Source: an uncultured delta proteobacterium
GTDB taxonomy: Bacteria; Myxococcota; UBA727; VGSZ01
Assembly (NCBI GenBank): GCA_963775425.1
Contig: CAVZJB010000017.1
Location: 352,001-416,000 of the forward strand
Reading direction: 5' to 3'
Length of the DNA: 64,000 nucleotides
The position numbers and the translations under genes were made by a program. Below, piece by piece: positions 54,240-64,000 of this stretch (position 1 is its first letter; every line of letters begins with the position of its first letter). The notes under the pieces are model-generated. The model was not told where the DNA came from and did no database searches. It saw only the letters and a list, made by a program, of their open reading frames with translations.

Positions 54240-55070
54240 ATGAGGTACGTTGTCGCCGCGCTCCTGCTCGCGGGGGGCGCCGCGAGGGTGCAGATGAGCG
54301 ACTTGAAGTACGACGTCGTCCTCCTCGGCGATCCCGTCGCCGCGCGCGACGACAAGCTGCGCGCCGTCGACGAGCTCACCGCCGCCGAGCTGCGGGCGGC
54401 GCCGCTCCTCGTCGAGCGCCTTCAGGACACGAGCGACGCAGTGTTCCTCGACGACTATCGCGTGGACACGGGCCCGCTGAACCCGGGCCCGCCGCTGTCC
54501 ACCACCACCACGGCTCGCTTCATGTGCGAGCTCATCCTGTACCGCATCATCGCTCCCGAGCCGAAGGAGACGTCGTTGGCGCTCGGCGCGCGCGCGAGCA
54601 AGACGGGGCTCGACGCCGTGCGCCCTGCGGGCGGGCTCGACTTCGAGGTTCCGCGCGCGCCCGTGGCCTGGGTGCGCGACTGGAGCGCGTACTGGGCCGC
54701 GCACAAAGGCGAGAGCCTCGACGTGATCCGGCGCGAGAGCGCCGCCGCCATCGACCGCCTCTGGCGCGAGGCCGCCCTCGCCACCACCGCGGCGCCTACG
54801 CCCGGGGCCGGGCCCGCGCCGCACCTGCCGTCTGCGACGACGGGCACGGCGGCAGCGCTCGCGTCGTCGACGGCGGGCATGCTGCTCGACGCGTGGCAGG
54901 ACCCGGCCCTCACGCCCGCACGCGAGGCCTACGTGAAGGCGCGCGCGATCTTTCGCGAGGCCGAGGGGGACGTCGGCAAGCGCAAGGCCGCGCGCAAGCA
55001 GCTCGAGGACATGGCCCACAAGGAGCCGCGGTTGCGCGTCCACGTCGAGCGCTGGCTCGCGAAGATTTGA
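54240..55070 (+). CDS. Hypothetical exported protein
   Basis: Signal-like N-terminus; starts 10 bp after the LysM-Tgl gene. Confidence 0.6.
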   Translation: MRYVVAALLLAGGAARVQMSDLKYDVVLLGDPVAARDDKLRAVDELTAAELRAAPLLVERLQDTSDAVFLDDYRVDTGPLNPGPPLSTTTTARFMCELILYRIIAPEPKETSLALGARASKTGLDAVRPAGGLDFEVPRAPVAWVRDWSAYWAAHKGESLDVIRRESAAAIDRLWREAALATTAAPTPGAGPAPHLPSATTGTAAALASSTAGMLLDAWQDPALTPAREAYVKARAIFREAEGDVGKRKAARKQLEDMAHKEPRLRVHVERWLAKI

Positions 55071-55470
55071 CGAGGCGGGGGACGAGCCCCCGCCCTACGA
55101 ACAAGGCGGGGGACGAGCCCCCGCGTACGGACAAGGCGGGCGACGAGCCCCCGCCGTACGGACAAGGCGGGGGACGAGCCCCCGCCGTACGGACAAGGCG
55201 GGCGACGAGCCCCCGCCGTACGGACAAGGCGGGCGACGAGCCCCCGCCGTACGGACAAGGCGGGCGACGAGCCCCCGCCGTACGGACGAGGCGGGGGACG
55301 AGCCCCCGCCGTACGGACGAGGCGGGGGACGAGCCCCCGCCGTACGGACAAGGCGGGCGACGAGCCCCCGCCGTACGGACCGCGCGGGGGACGAGCCCCC
55401 GCCGTACGGACCGCGCGGGCGACGAGCCCCCGCCGTACGGACCGCGCGGGGGACGAGCCCCCGCCCTACG
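55069..55470 (-). repeat. Tandem array of 13 x about 31-bp REP-like palindromic units
   Basis: Minus-strand unit GTA(G/C)-GGCGGGGG-CTCGT-C(C/G)CCCGCC; no unique spacers; lies between convergent genes. Confidence 0.9.
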
Positions 55471-55476
55471 AACCGG

Positions 55477-56199
55477 TCAGCCCAGGTTGTGGAAAACCTG
55501 CTGGACGTCGTCGTCCTGCTCGAGGGCGTCGACGAGCTTGAGGACCTCGGTGGCCTGGTCCTCGGGCAGCGTCATGATGTTCTGCGGGATGAACTCGCTG
55601 TCGGCGGCGAGGGGGTGCAGGCCGCGCTCCTCGAGCGCGTGCTGCATCTGTCCGAAGCTCTGCATGACGCAGCGGACGACGATCTGCTTTTCGCCCTTCT
55701 CGCCCGTGCTCTCGCCCATCTCCTCGAGGCCGTGATCGATGAGGTCGAGCTCGAGCGCGTCGAGGTCGAGACCGTCGGGGGCGAGGCGGAACACGCCCAT
55801 GCGCGTGAAGGCGAAGGCGACGCTGCCGCTGTTGCCGAGGTTGCCGCCGTTCTTGTTGAAGGCGGTGCGGACGTTGGCGACGGTGCGGGTGGGGTTGTCG
55901 GTGGCGGCGACGGCGAGGACGGCGATGCCGTGGGGCGCGTAGCCCTCGTAGATGACCTCCTCATACGACGCCGCGTCCTTGCCCGAAGCACGCTTGATGG
56001 CCGCCTCGATCTTGTCCTTCGGCATGTTCACGGCGCGCGCGTTCTGGATACAGCGGCGCAGCGCCGCGTTGCCGTCGGGGTTGGGCCCGCCGGATTTCAC
56101 CGCCATCACGATGTCCTTGCTGATGCGCGTGAACTGCTTGGACATCTTGTTCCAGCGCGCGAACATCGTGGCTTTGCGTGTCTCGAAGATCCTTCCCAT
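55477..56199 (-). CDS. yebC: YebC/PmpR-family protein
   Basis: [42 protein letters not shown]. Confidence 0.93.
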   Translation of the reverse strand: MGRIFETRKATMFARWNKMSKQFTRISKDIVMAVKSGGPNPDGNAALRRCIQNARAVNMPKDKIEAAIKRASGKDAASYEEVIYEGYAPHGIAVLAVAATDNPTRTVANVRTAFNKNGGNLGNSGSVAFAFTRMGVFRLAPDGLDLDALELDLIDHGLEEMGESTGEKGEKQIVVRCVMQSFGQMQHALEERGLHPLAADSEFIPQNIMTLPEDQATEVLKLVDALEQDDDVQQVFHNLG

Positions 56200-56262
56200 G
56201 CGCGTGATCCTACCGTCTCTCCGCCCACGTGACGAGGCTGTCGATGCGCGGGTGCGGCCGTC

Positions 56263-57039
56263 GTGAGCCTCGCGCGCGTCACCGTCGTGCTCGTCCGCAC
56301 CGAGGGCCCGCTGAACCTCGGCAGCGTCGCCCGCCTGTGCGGAAATTTCGGCTGCGGGCTGCGGCTCGTCGACGTGCGGGCCGACGCCGCCGCCCGCGAG
56401 GCCGTGATGATGGCCCACCCCTCCGGGCGGCTCCTCGACGAGGCGCCCCGCTTCGCCACGCTGCGCGAGGCGCTCGCGGACATCGAGCTCGCCGTGGGCA
56501 CGTCGACGAAGATCGTCGCCGCGCGAGACCGGCCGCCGCTCGACGTCAACCGCGCGCGCGCGCTGTTGCCGGCGGGCGCCGGCGGCACGGCGTTCGTGTT
56601 CGGAAACGAACGAACGGGGCTGCTCGCCGACGAGGCCGCCCTGTGCCACCGCGTGGTGCGCCTCGACACCCCCGGGCCGCACCCGAGCCTCAACCTCAGC
56701 CACGCCGTCGCCGCGGTGCTCACCGTCCTCGCGCTCGCCGCCGCCGAAGGCGCGCTCGGACGCTTGACGCCGGAGGACCGGAGCGCGGAGCGCTCGCCGC
56801 CGTCCGTCGAGGGCGCCGCGCGCGGCGACGGGGCCCCGACAGCGGGCACGGCGGCCAGGGAGCGCCTCGTCGGCGACTGGCTCGCGGCGCTCGAGGACGC
56901 CGGCTACTTCAAGACGGCGACGGCCGCGACGTTCGCGCCGCGGCTGCGCGCGCTCGTCGACGACATGGCGCTCGTCGAGCCGGACGTCGAGCTCCTGCGC
57001 GGCATGCTGCGCGTGCTCGCGGAGCGCCGCGGTGCCTGA
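56263..57039 (+). CDS. SPOUT RNA methyltransferase (TrmJ/LasT-like)
   Basis: [23 protein letters not shown]. Confidence 0.85.
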   Translation: MSLARVTVVLVRTEGPLNLGSVARLCGNFGCGLRLVDVRADAAAREAVMMAHPSGRLLDEAPRFATLREALADIELAVGTSTKIVAARDRPPLDVNRARALLPAGAGGTAFVFGNERTGLLADEAALCHRVVRLDTPGPHPSLNLSHAVAAVLTVLALAAAEGALGRLTPEDRSAERSPPSVEGAARGDGAPTAGTAARERLVGDWLAALEDAGYFKTATAATFAPRLRALVDDMALVEPDVELLRGMLRVLAERRGA

Positions 57040-58561
57040 CGCCGACATCGTCCTGTGCACCATGAACGCGCGCTGGTCGCACGCGTCGTTCGGGCTGCGC
57101 TGCCTCAAGGCGAGCCTCGGCGCCCTCGAGGCGCGCTGCGCCCTCGTCGAAAAGACCCTCGAGGACCGCCCCGCCGACGTCGTCGAAGCGGTCCTCTCCC
57201 TGCGGCCGCGCCTGGTCGGGCTCGGGGTGTACGTGTGGAACGCCGGCCCGATGCTCGAGGTGGTGCGCACGCTGAAGCGGCTGCGGCCCGAGCTGCTCGT
57301 CGTCGTCGGCGGCCCCGAGGTCAGCCACGAGATCGAGCGTCAGGAGATCTGCGCGCTCGCCGACGTCGTCGTCGCCGGCGAGGGAGAGGACGCGTTCCGC
57401 GACCTGTGCGCGGCCGCCCTCGACGCGCCTGCGCAGCACCGGCGCGGGTTGCCCGTGCTCGCCGGGCGCGACGCCGGCGCCGCAGGGGTCTGCGTCGTCG
57501 ACGGCGGGCGCCCCAATCTCGCGCGCGTGCGCATGCCCTATGCGCTCTACGACGACGGCGACGTCCGCGACCGCACCGTCTACGTCGAGGCCTCCCGCGG
57601 CTGCCCCTTCACCTGCTCGTTCTGCTTGAGCGCCCTCGACGGCGGGGTGCGGGTGTTCCCCCTCGACGCGTTCCTCGACGAGATGCAGCGGCTCCTCGAC
57701 CGCGGGCTGTCGCGCTTCAAGTTCGTCGACCGCACCTTCAACCTCAAGATCGACGACGCCACCCGCATCCTCGACTTCTTCCTCGAACGAATGCGCCCTG
57801 GTCTGTTCCTGCACTTCGAGATGATCCCCGACCGCCTCCCGGAGAAGCTGCGGGAGCGCCTCGCGCGCTTCCCGCGGGCGAGCGTTCAGCTCGAGGTCGG
57901 CGTCCAGACCTTCGACGAGGAGACGGCGGCGCTCATCCGCCGCCGGCAGGACCCCGCGCGCATCGAGGAGAACCTGCGCTTCCTCGCCGGCCACACCGGC
58001 GTCCACGTGCACGCCGACCTCATCGCGGGCCTCCCCGGCGAGGATCTCGCCCGGTTCGGCCGCTCCTTCGACCGGCTCTTCGCCCTCGAGACCGCCGAGA
58101 TCCAGGTCGGCATCCTCAAGCGCCTGCGCGGGGCGCCGCTCGCCCGCGACGCCGAGGAGCACCCCGCCTGGGGCCTCGTCTTCGATGAGCGCGCTCCCTA
58201 CGCGCTGCTGCAGAGCCGCGCGCTCCCCTTCGAGGACGTGCAGCGCGTCTCCCGCTTCGCCCGCGCGCTCGACCTCGTGCACAACAGCGGGCGCTTTCCG
58301 CTCACCGCGCGCATGCTCTTTGCGGGCGGCGCGCCGTTCGCCTCCTTCCTCGCGTTCTCCGAGTGGCTGTTCGCGGAGACCGGCGCACGGCACGGTATCG
58401 CGCTCGCGCGGCTCGCCGGTCTGGTGGCGCGCTTCCTCGTCGAGGAGCGCGGCCTCGCCGCCGCCGACGTCGCCGCGGCGCTCGAAGCCGACCTCGGCCG
58501 CGATCGCATGCCCGTCCTCCCGGGCCGACTGCCCAAGCGGCAGGCGCGCTCCCTGCGCTGA
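57032..58561 (+). CDS. B12-binding radical SAM protein
   Basis: [40 protein letters not shown]. Confidence 0.9.
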   Translation: MPDADIVLCTMNARWSHASFGLRCLKASLGALEARCALVEKTLEDRPADVVEAVLSLRPRLVGLGVYVWNAGPMLEVVRTLKRLRPELLVVVGGPEVSHEIERQEICALADVVVAGEGEDAFRDLCAAALDAPAQHRRGLPVLAGRDAGAAGVCVVDGGRPNLARVRMPYALYDDGDVRDRTVYVEASRGCPFTCSFCLSALDGGVRVFPLDAFLDEMQRLLDRGLSRFKFVDRTFNLKIDDATRILDFFLERMRPGLFLHFEMIPDRLPEKLRERLARFPRASVQLEVGVQTFDEETAALIRRRQDPARIEENLRFLAGHTGVHVHADLIAGLPGEDLARFGRSFDRLFALETAEIQVGILKRLRGAPLARDAEEHPAWGLVFDERAPYALLQSRALPFEDVQRVSRFARALDLVHNSGRFPLTARMLFAGGAPFASFLAFSEWLFAETGARHGIALARLAGLVARFLVEERGLAAADVAAALEADLGRDRMPVLPGRLPKRQARSLR

Positions 58562-58626
58562 CGCCTTGCCGCTGCGCGGGCAGGACGGTTCATTGTGAAA
58601 GGGGCGCGGGAGGCGCTGTGAGCGTG

Positions 58627-59493
58627 ATGATGCAGACGTCGGTGGCGTGCACCCTCTATGTCGGCGCCCCATCGGAGGCGGTGTGGGCCGCGCTCTTCAA
58701 TCCCGCGCTCACGCGGCAGTTCTGGGGCCAACACCAAAACGCCTCCACCTGGGTGGAGGGCGATCAATGGGAGCACCGCGAGGCGGGCAGCGGGCGCGTC
58801 GACGCGGCCGGCGAAGTCGTCGTCGTCGACGCCGAGGAGCCCGAGCGGCGGCTGGTGCTCACCTGGATGACGTCGGAGGTGCCGCTGGCGCGGCCCACCA
58901 CCGTCACCTTCGTCGTCGAGCCCTTCATGGACGCGACCAAGCTCTCGGTGCTCCACGAGCGGCTCGATCCCGGGTGCACGCTCGAGAGGGCGATGCGCGA
59001 CGGCTGGCCGCTCGTGTTGTCGAGCCTCAAGACGCTCCTCGAGACCGGCAGGCCCCTGCCCGCGACGACGCGGCCGTGGGGCCCGCTCCCGCCTCGCGCG
59101 CCCGGCGACGCCAACGCCGCGCGCACGCCCGGGGTGAGCGCCGTCTGCTACATCGCGTCGACGCCCGACGACGCGTGGAACGCGCTGTTCGACGCCCAGG
59201 CTGTGCTGCCCGTGGGCGGCGCCCCCGCCGACGCCGGCGACATCGACGAGATGGATCCACCGGCGCGCCTGGTGCTCACGCAGCCCGCGCCCGCGGGCAT
59301 GCCCGCGCCGCGGCTGACGTTCCTCGTCGAGCCCGTGGCGGGCATGGTGCGCCTCACCGTCATCCACGAGGGGCTGCAGCCGGGCTCGCCGGCGGAACAG
59401 GAAGCGAACGACGAGTGGCCGCGGGTGTTGTCGAACCTCAAGTCGCTCCTCGAGAGCCGCGCCCCCGCGAGCGCCGCCACCGCGCCCGGATGA
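58627..59493 (+). CDS. Tandem SRPBCC/AHSA1 domain protein
   Basis: Two copies of VW.ALF...P.RLVLT...VTF.VEP...WP.VLS.LK.LLE. Confidence 0.8.
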   Translation: MMQTSVACTLYVGAPSEAVWAALFNPALTRQFWGQHQNASTWVEGDQWEHREAGSGRVDAAGEVVVVDAEEPERRLVLTWMTSEVPLARPTTVTFVVEPFMDATKLSVLHERLDPGCTLERAMRDGWPLVLSSLKTLLETGRPLPATTRPWGPLPPRAPGDANAARTPGVSAVCYIASTPDDAWNALFDAQAVLPVGGAPADAGDIDEMDPPARLVLTQPAPAGMPAPRLTFLVEPVAGMVRLTVIHEGLQPGSPAEQEANDEWPRVLSNLKSLLESRAPASAATAPG

Positions 59494-59581
59494 CGTTGCG
59501 ACCCGACGGTGCGGCCGCGGGTGAAATCGCGCTCCGCCGCCGGCGCCGCCGACGTTCAACGCCCGCGAACCGCGATATAGG

Positions 59582-62500
59582 ATGGCGGCGTTGCCGACGA
59601 CGCCGACTCCGACCGATATCGGGAAGTACCGGATCCGCGGCGTCCTCGGGCGCGGCGGGATGGGCGTCGTGTACGACGCCGGCGACGACGAGCGCCGCGT
59701 CGCCGTCAAGACGGTCCTCGGCACCAAAAACAAGTTCGTCCACGCCGTGCGCCGCGAGATCCACGCGCTCGCGCGCCTCCGGCACCCGGGCGTCGTGGCC
59801 ATCGTCGACGAGGGCACGCACGAGGGCGCGCCCTGGTACGCGATGGAGTTCGTGGACGGGCTCACGCTGCGCGGCTGGGCGCGGGCGCTCGCCCTGCGCC
59901 ACACCGCCGCCGGCAAGGCGCCCGGCGGCGACGACGAGGGCGCGCCCGGCGGTGAGGCGTTCGTCGACGCGGTGTGCACCGGGCTCGGCACGGAGGGCGC
60001 CACGGTCACGCACGCGGGCGGCCTCATGGCGCCCATCGCCGGCACCGAGAGCTCCCGGGAGGAGACCACCGGCCGCCGCGGCCAACACACCGGCCTGCCC
60101 CTGCCCGCCGAGGCGCTGCCCGAGGTGCTCGTCGTCGCGCGCCGGCTGTGCCTGACGCTCGAGTACCTGCACAGCCGCGGCCTCGTGCACCGTGACCTCA
60201 AGCCCGACAACGTCATCGTCAAAGAGGGCGGGCGCCCGGTCGTGGTCGACTTCGGCCTCGTGTTCCACGCCACCGGCGTCGTCGGCCGCGAGAGCATCGA
60301 GGAGCTCGCGCTCCTCGGCGCGGGGACCGCGAGCTACATGGCGCCCGAGCAGGTCCGCGGCGACGGTGTCGACGCCCGCGCCGACCTCTACTCCCTCGGC
60401 GCCATCCTGTTCGAGCTCGTCACGGGCCATACGCCCTTCGAGGGCAATTCGAGCCTCGCGGTCTTGAACCAACACCTCAACGGCGAGACGCCGTCGCTCG
60501 CCGCGGCCTCGCCTTGGGTGCCGCCGGCGCTCGACGCGCTCGTGACGTCGCTGCTCGAAAAGAAGGCGCAGGACCGCCCGGCCAACGCCGCGCTGGTCGC
60601 CACGCGGCTCGCGGACATCGCGCGCGACGTCGCCGGCGCGGACGCAGCCGGCGACGCGGTCGGCGCCGACGACGGCGACGGCGGCTACGCGACGCCGCCG
60701 CGGCCGTTCCTGTACCGGCCCGCGCTCGCGGGACGCGCCGCGGTGCTCGACGCGCTCGACGACAGGCTCGCGCGCCTCGACAAGCGCGGCGACCGCGGCG
60801 GCGTGGTTTTGCTCGTGGGCCCGAGCGGCATCGGCAAGACGCGCGTGGCGCTCGAGGCGGCGCGGCGCGCGGCCGGCGACGGCGCCCTCGTGCTCGCCGG
60901 CGAAGCGAGCGCGCGCGGCGCGCGGCCGCTCGCGCCGCTGCGCAAGGTGCTGCAGGTGGTCTCCGAGAAGTGCACCGTCGGCGGCGCGCAGAAGACCACC
61001 ACGCTGGTCGGACAGAACGCAAAGATCTTCGCCGCCTACGAGCCGTCCTTCGTCGTCGTCCCCGGCTTCGAGCTGTTCCCCGATCCGGAGCCCCTGCCCG
61101 CCCCCGAGGCGCGCCGGCGCCTGCTCGCGTCGCTGCGCACCACCCTCGACAACCTCGCGCAGGAGCAGCCGCTCCTCGTCATCATCGACGACCTGCAGTG
61201 GGCCGACGAGCTCACGCTCGCGTTCCTCGATCACCTCGCCGCGTCCGAGGACGCCGACGCGCCGTTCATCGTCCTCGCCACCGTGCGCGCCGAGGAAGGC
61301 GAAGAGGTCGTGGAGGCGCTCGGAGATCACCCGCGCTCCTCCGTGCTCCGCCTCGATCGCCTGACGGAGGACGCCGTGCGCGAGATGATCGACGGCGCCC
61401 TCGGCGTCGCCGCGCCGGACGGCCTCGTCCAGCTCGTCGAGGAGCGCGCCGGCGGCGTCCCCTTCTGGGTCGGCGAGGTGCTCCACGCGGGCGTGCTCGC
61501 GCATTTGCTCGAGCGCGACGAGGCGGGCGCCTGGTGCACGCGCGACGCGCGCGCCGCCGCGCTCCCCTCCGCGCCCGCGGAGATCCTTGGCCTGCGCCTG
61601 AGCGCCGTCGGCGACGACGCGCGCGCCGTCCTCGACGCCGCCGCCGTCCTCGGCCGCGGCGCGCAGCCGGGAGTGGTGCAGGAGGTGAGCGGCATCGACG
61701 AGCTGCGCGCGCTCGAGGCCATGAGCGAGCTGCGCGCCGAGCAGATCCTGGACGACGACCCCGACGAGGGCGTGCGCTTCACCCACGACAAGCTCGCCGA
61801 GGCCGCCTACGCGCTGCTCGACGGCGAGCGGCGCGCGGCCCTGCACGGGCGCGCGGCCGCGGTGCTCGAGGCGCGGGCGCCCGCCGGCTCCGGCTCCGGC
61901 GCCGACGGCGGCGGCTCCGTGCGCGCGCCCTCCGACCTGAGGCCCGCGCTCGACGGGCCCGCGCTCGCCGAACAGCTCGCGTGGCACCACGAAAACGCCG
62001 GCGCCGCCGCCCGCGCCGTCGAGTACTGGCTCGTCGCCGGCGACGGCTCGCGCCGGCTCTCCGCGTTGAAAGACGCCGAGCGATGCTACGAGCGCGCCTG
62101 CGCCCTCCTCGAGAAGCTCGGCGACGTCGCGGGCCTGGCGAAGACGTTGATGAAGCTCGGCCTCGTGCACGCCGCCGTGTTCGACAGCGCCGGCGCGCAG
62201 CGCTCCTACCAGCGGGCGTTCTCGCTGTGGGCGGAGCTCGAGGGGACCGCGGCGGGGCTGTCGGCGCAGCCGCCGACGGCGCGCATCCGCGTCACCAACC
62301 AGCCAAAGAGCCTCGACCCCGCGCGCGCGTACGACTCCGACTCGCTCTTCGTCCAGGCGCAGCTCTTCGAGGGCCTCGTCGAGCTCGACGTCGACGCGAA
62401 CGTCCTGCCCGCCGCCGCCTCGAGCTGGGAGATCTCCGCCGACGGCCGCACCTGGCTCTTCCACATCCGCGACAACGCGCGGTGGAGCGACGGCACCCCG

Positions 62501-63793
62501 CTGCGCGCCGCAGACTTCGAGCTCGCGTGGAAGCGCGTGCTCGACCCGCGGCTGCGCTCACCGGTGGCGCAACTGCTGTACGTGCTCGACAACGGGCGCG
62601 CCTATCACGAGGGCAGCATCACCGACCCGCACCTCGTGGGCGTGCGCGCCACGGGCCAAAAGACCCTCGAGGTGAAGCTCGGCGCGCCGAGCGCCTACTT
62701 GCTGAACCTCTTGTCACACCCGTGCACGTTCCCCATCCCGGCCAAGACCTTCTTCGAGCACGGGCATCGCTGGACGGCGCCTGGGGTGATGGTCTCCAAC
62801 GGCGCCTTCGTGCTCGAGGAGCGCGAGCGCCTCCTCGTGCGCCTGCGCAGAAACCCGCTGTTCACCGGACGCGCCGAAGGCAACATCGCCGAGATCGAGG
62901 TGAACGCGTACCGCAACTACGGCGAGACGCTCGAGGCCTTCGACCAGGGCCACCTCGACATCCTCGACATGATCGCCGCCGACGCCGACGTCCTCGCGTC
63001 CGCGCGCGCGCGCACCAAGGCCGGCACCGGCGAGCTGCGGTTCCTGCCGCTGCACTCCACGCAGTACCTCGTGCTGCGCGCCGACCGCCCCCCGCTCGAC
63101 GACGAGCGCGTACGCAAGGCCCTCGCTCTCCTCATCGATCGCGACGCGCTCGCGGCCAAGCTCGCGGGCACGTCACACCTCGTCGCGCGCGGCGGGTTCA
63201 TCGCCACCGGCGTCGCCGGACACACGCCGTCGCTCGCGCTGCGCTTCGATCCCGAGCGCGCGGCGGCGCTCTTCGCCGAGGCGGGCTTTCAGACCCCCGG
63301 CGATCTGCCGCCGCTCGTGTGGCTGCACACCCACGGCCTCGGCGACACCACGCTCCTCGAGCTCGTGCGCGACGCGTGGGCGGCGTTCGGCGTGCGCATC
63401 ACCATGCGCGAGGTGGACTGGAACGACTACGAGCGCGCGCTCCGCGACGATCCCCCGCACGTCGTGCTCGGCGGTTGGATCGCGGACTACCCCGATCCGG
63501 ACACGTTCCTGCGCGCCGTGTTTCACTCGGTGGAGGGGGCGGAGAAGATCGGCTGGAGCGATCCGCGCTTCGATCAGCTCGTGGAGGAGGCGTCACGCAC
63601 AGCGGATCCGCGTGCGCGTGAGGAGCTCTACGGCGTCGCGGACCACATGCTCGTCGCCGACAAGGCGGTGGTGGTGCCGCTGAGCTATGGACAGAACCCG
63701 GTGCTGCTCAGAAAGAGCGTGCGCGCATTCCCGGGCGCAGGCTCGTACCTGCGCCCGATGAAGAACGTGGTGGTGGACGAGGGGACGTCCTGA
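59582..63793 (+). CDS. Ser/Thr protein kinase - AAA/STAND-like ATPase - TPR - family 5 solute-binding domain fusion
   Basis: GRGGMG, VAVK, HRDLKPDN, DFG, APE; GPSGIGKT and IDDLQWAD; SLDP, WSDGTP, GW.ADYPDP. Confidence 0.88.
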   Translation: MAALPTTPTPTDIGKYRIRGVLGRGGMGVVYDAGDDERRVAVKTVLGTKNKFVHAVRREIHALARLRHPGVVAIVDEGTHEGAPWYAMEFVDGLTLRGWARALALRHTAAGKAPGGDDEGAPGGEAFVDAVCTGLGTEGATVTHAGGLMAPIAGTESSREETTGRRGQHTGLPLPAEALPEVLVVARRLCLTLEYLHSRGLVHRDLKPDNVIVKEGGRPVVVDFGLVFHATGVVGRESIEELALLGAGTASYMAPEQVRGDGVDARADLYSLGAILFELVTGHTPFEGNSSLAVLNQHLNGETPSLAAASPWVPPALDALVTSLLEKKAQDRPANAALVATRLADIARDVAGADAAGDAVGADDGDGGYATPPRPFLYRPALAGRAAVLDALDDRLARLDKRGDRGGVVLLVGPSGIGKTRVALEAARRAAGDGALVLAGEASARGARPLAPLRKVLQVVSEKCTVGGAQKTTTLVGQNAKIFAAYEPSFVVVPGFELFPDPEPLPAPEARRRLLASLRTTLDNLAQEQPLLVIIDDLQWADELTLAFLDHLAASEDADAPFIVLATVRAEEGEEVVEALGDHPRSSVLRLDRLTEDAVREMIDGALGVAAPDGLVQLVEERAGGVPFWVGEVLHAGVLAHLLERDEAGAWCTRDARAAALPSAPAEILGLRLSAVGDDARAVLDAAAVLGRGAQPGVVQEVSGIDELRALEAMSELRAEQILDDDPDEGVRFTHDKLAEAAYALLDGERRAALHGRAAAVLEARAPAGSGSGADGGGSVRAPSDLRPALDGPALAEQLAWHHENAGAAARAVEYWLVAGDGSRRLSALKDAERCYERACALLEKLGDVAGLAKTLMKLGLVHAAVFDSAGAQRSYQRAFSLWAELEGTAAGLSAQPPTARIRVTNQPKSLDPARAYDSDSLFVQAQLFEGLVELDVDANVLPAAASSWEISADGRTWLFHIRDNARWSDGTPLRAADFELAWKRVLDPRLRSPVAQLLYVLDNGRAYHEGSITDPHLVGVRATGQKTLEVKLGAPSAYLLNLLSHPCTFPIPAKTFFEHGHRWTAPGVMVSNGAFVLEERERLLVRLRRNPLFTGRAEGNIAEIEVNAYRNYGETLEAFDQGHLDILDMIAADADVLASARARTKAGTGELRFLPLHSTQYLVLRADRPPLDDERVRKALALLIDRDALAAKLAGTSHLVARGGFIATGVAGHTPSLALRFDPERAAALFAEAGFQTPGDLPPLVWLHTHGLGDTTLLELVRDAWAAFGVRITMREVDWNDYERALRDDPPHVVLGGWIADYPDPDTFLRAVFHSVEGAEKIGWSDPRFDQLVEEASRTADPRAREELYGVADHMLVADKAVVVPLSYGQNPVLLRKSVRAFPGAGSYLRPMKNVVVDEGTS

Positions 63794-63815
63794 CGCCGGA
63801 ACGTGCTGAGGCGGG

Positions 63816-64000
63816 TCAGCCGCTCTTCTGATCGTCGGGCGTCTCGATCCACTTCTGCTTCACGGCGTCGACGAGCTCCTGGCTCACCTGGAGCTTGTGC
63901 TCGGTGTGCACATGCTCTCCGGCGGCCTGCAGCACCTCTTCCTCAGTGCCATGCGCCTCGAAGTTGCAGTCGAATCCGTGGTCACGACAACGAACGAGCT
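63816..64000 (-). CDS. DUF1059-like small metal-binding protein (5' partial)
   Basis: Translates LVRCRDHGFDCNFEAHGTEEEVLQAAGEHVHTEH...; not in the ORF track. Confidence 0.75.
   Translation of the reverse strand, partial: LVRCRDHGFDCNFEAHGTEEEVLQAAGEHVHTEHKLQVSQELVDAVKQKWIETPDDQKSG

Noticed and set aside
55069-55470. CRISPR array
   Set aside because: Units are contiguous with no unique spacers and no cas genes are present; the structure fits tandem REPs.

Overview
Very GC-rich bacterial chromosomal segment, most likely from an uncultured Myxococcota/deltaproteobacterial lineage. The evidence is a MYXO-CTERM tail, an FHA-sigma54 activator, a Ser/Thr kinase and many Cys-rich lipoproteins. About 52 CDS were called. 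They include an oxidative pentose-phosphate cluster (zwf-opcA-[TPM]-pgl, gnd), dinB, a GH57 enzyme, truA, a PadR-regulated ABC exporter with a perfect palindromic operator, moaA plus a Mo-oxidoreductase, yebC, a TrmJ-like methylase and a B12 radical SAM protein. No rRNA, tRNA, transposase or CRISPR array was seen. Most notable: within about 12 kb (42.3-54.2 kb) lie a lipoprotein with an intact animal-like lysyl oxidase domain, a Lys/Pro/Thr-repeat protein, a VKOR-DsbA/OmpA-like/TlpA disulfide operon and a giant LysM protein with a Bacillus Tgl-like transglutaminase domain. Together these suggest (inference only) a covalently cross-linked surface matrix. Other highlights: six poly-(Gly-Glu) tracts in five exported proteins; a kinase-NTPase-TPR protein fused to an OppA-like solute-binding domain; a 13 x 31-bp tandem array of GTAG-type REP hairpins; and a recurring TAnnnT-N6-7-start pattern implying widespread leaderless mRNAs. 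All domain calls come from motif recognition by eye, not from database searches.
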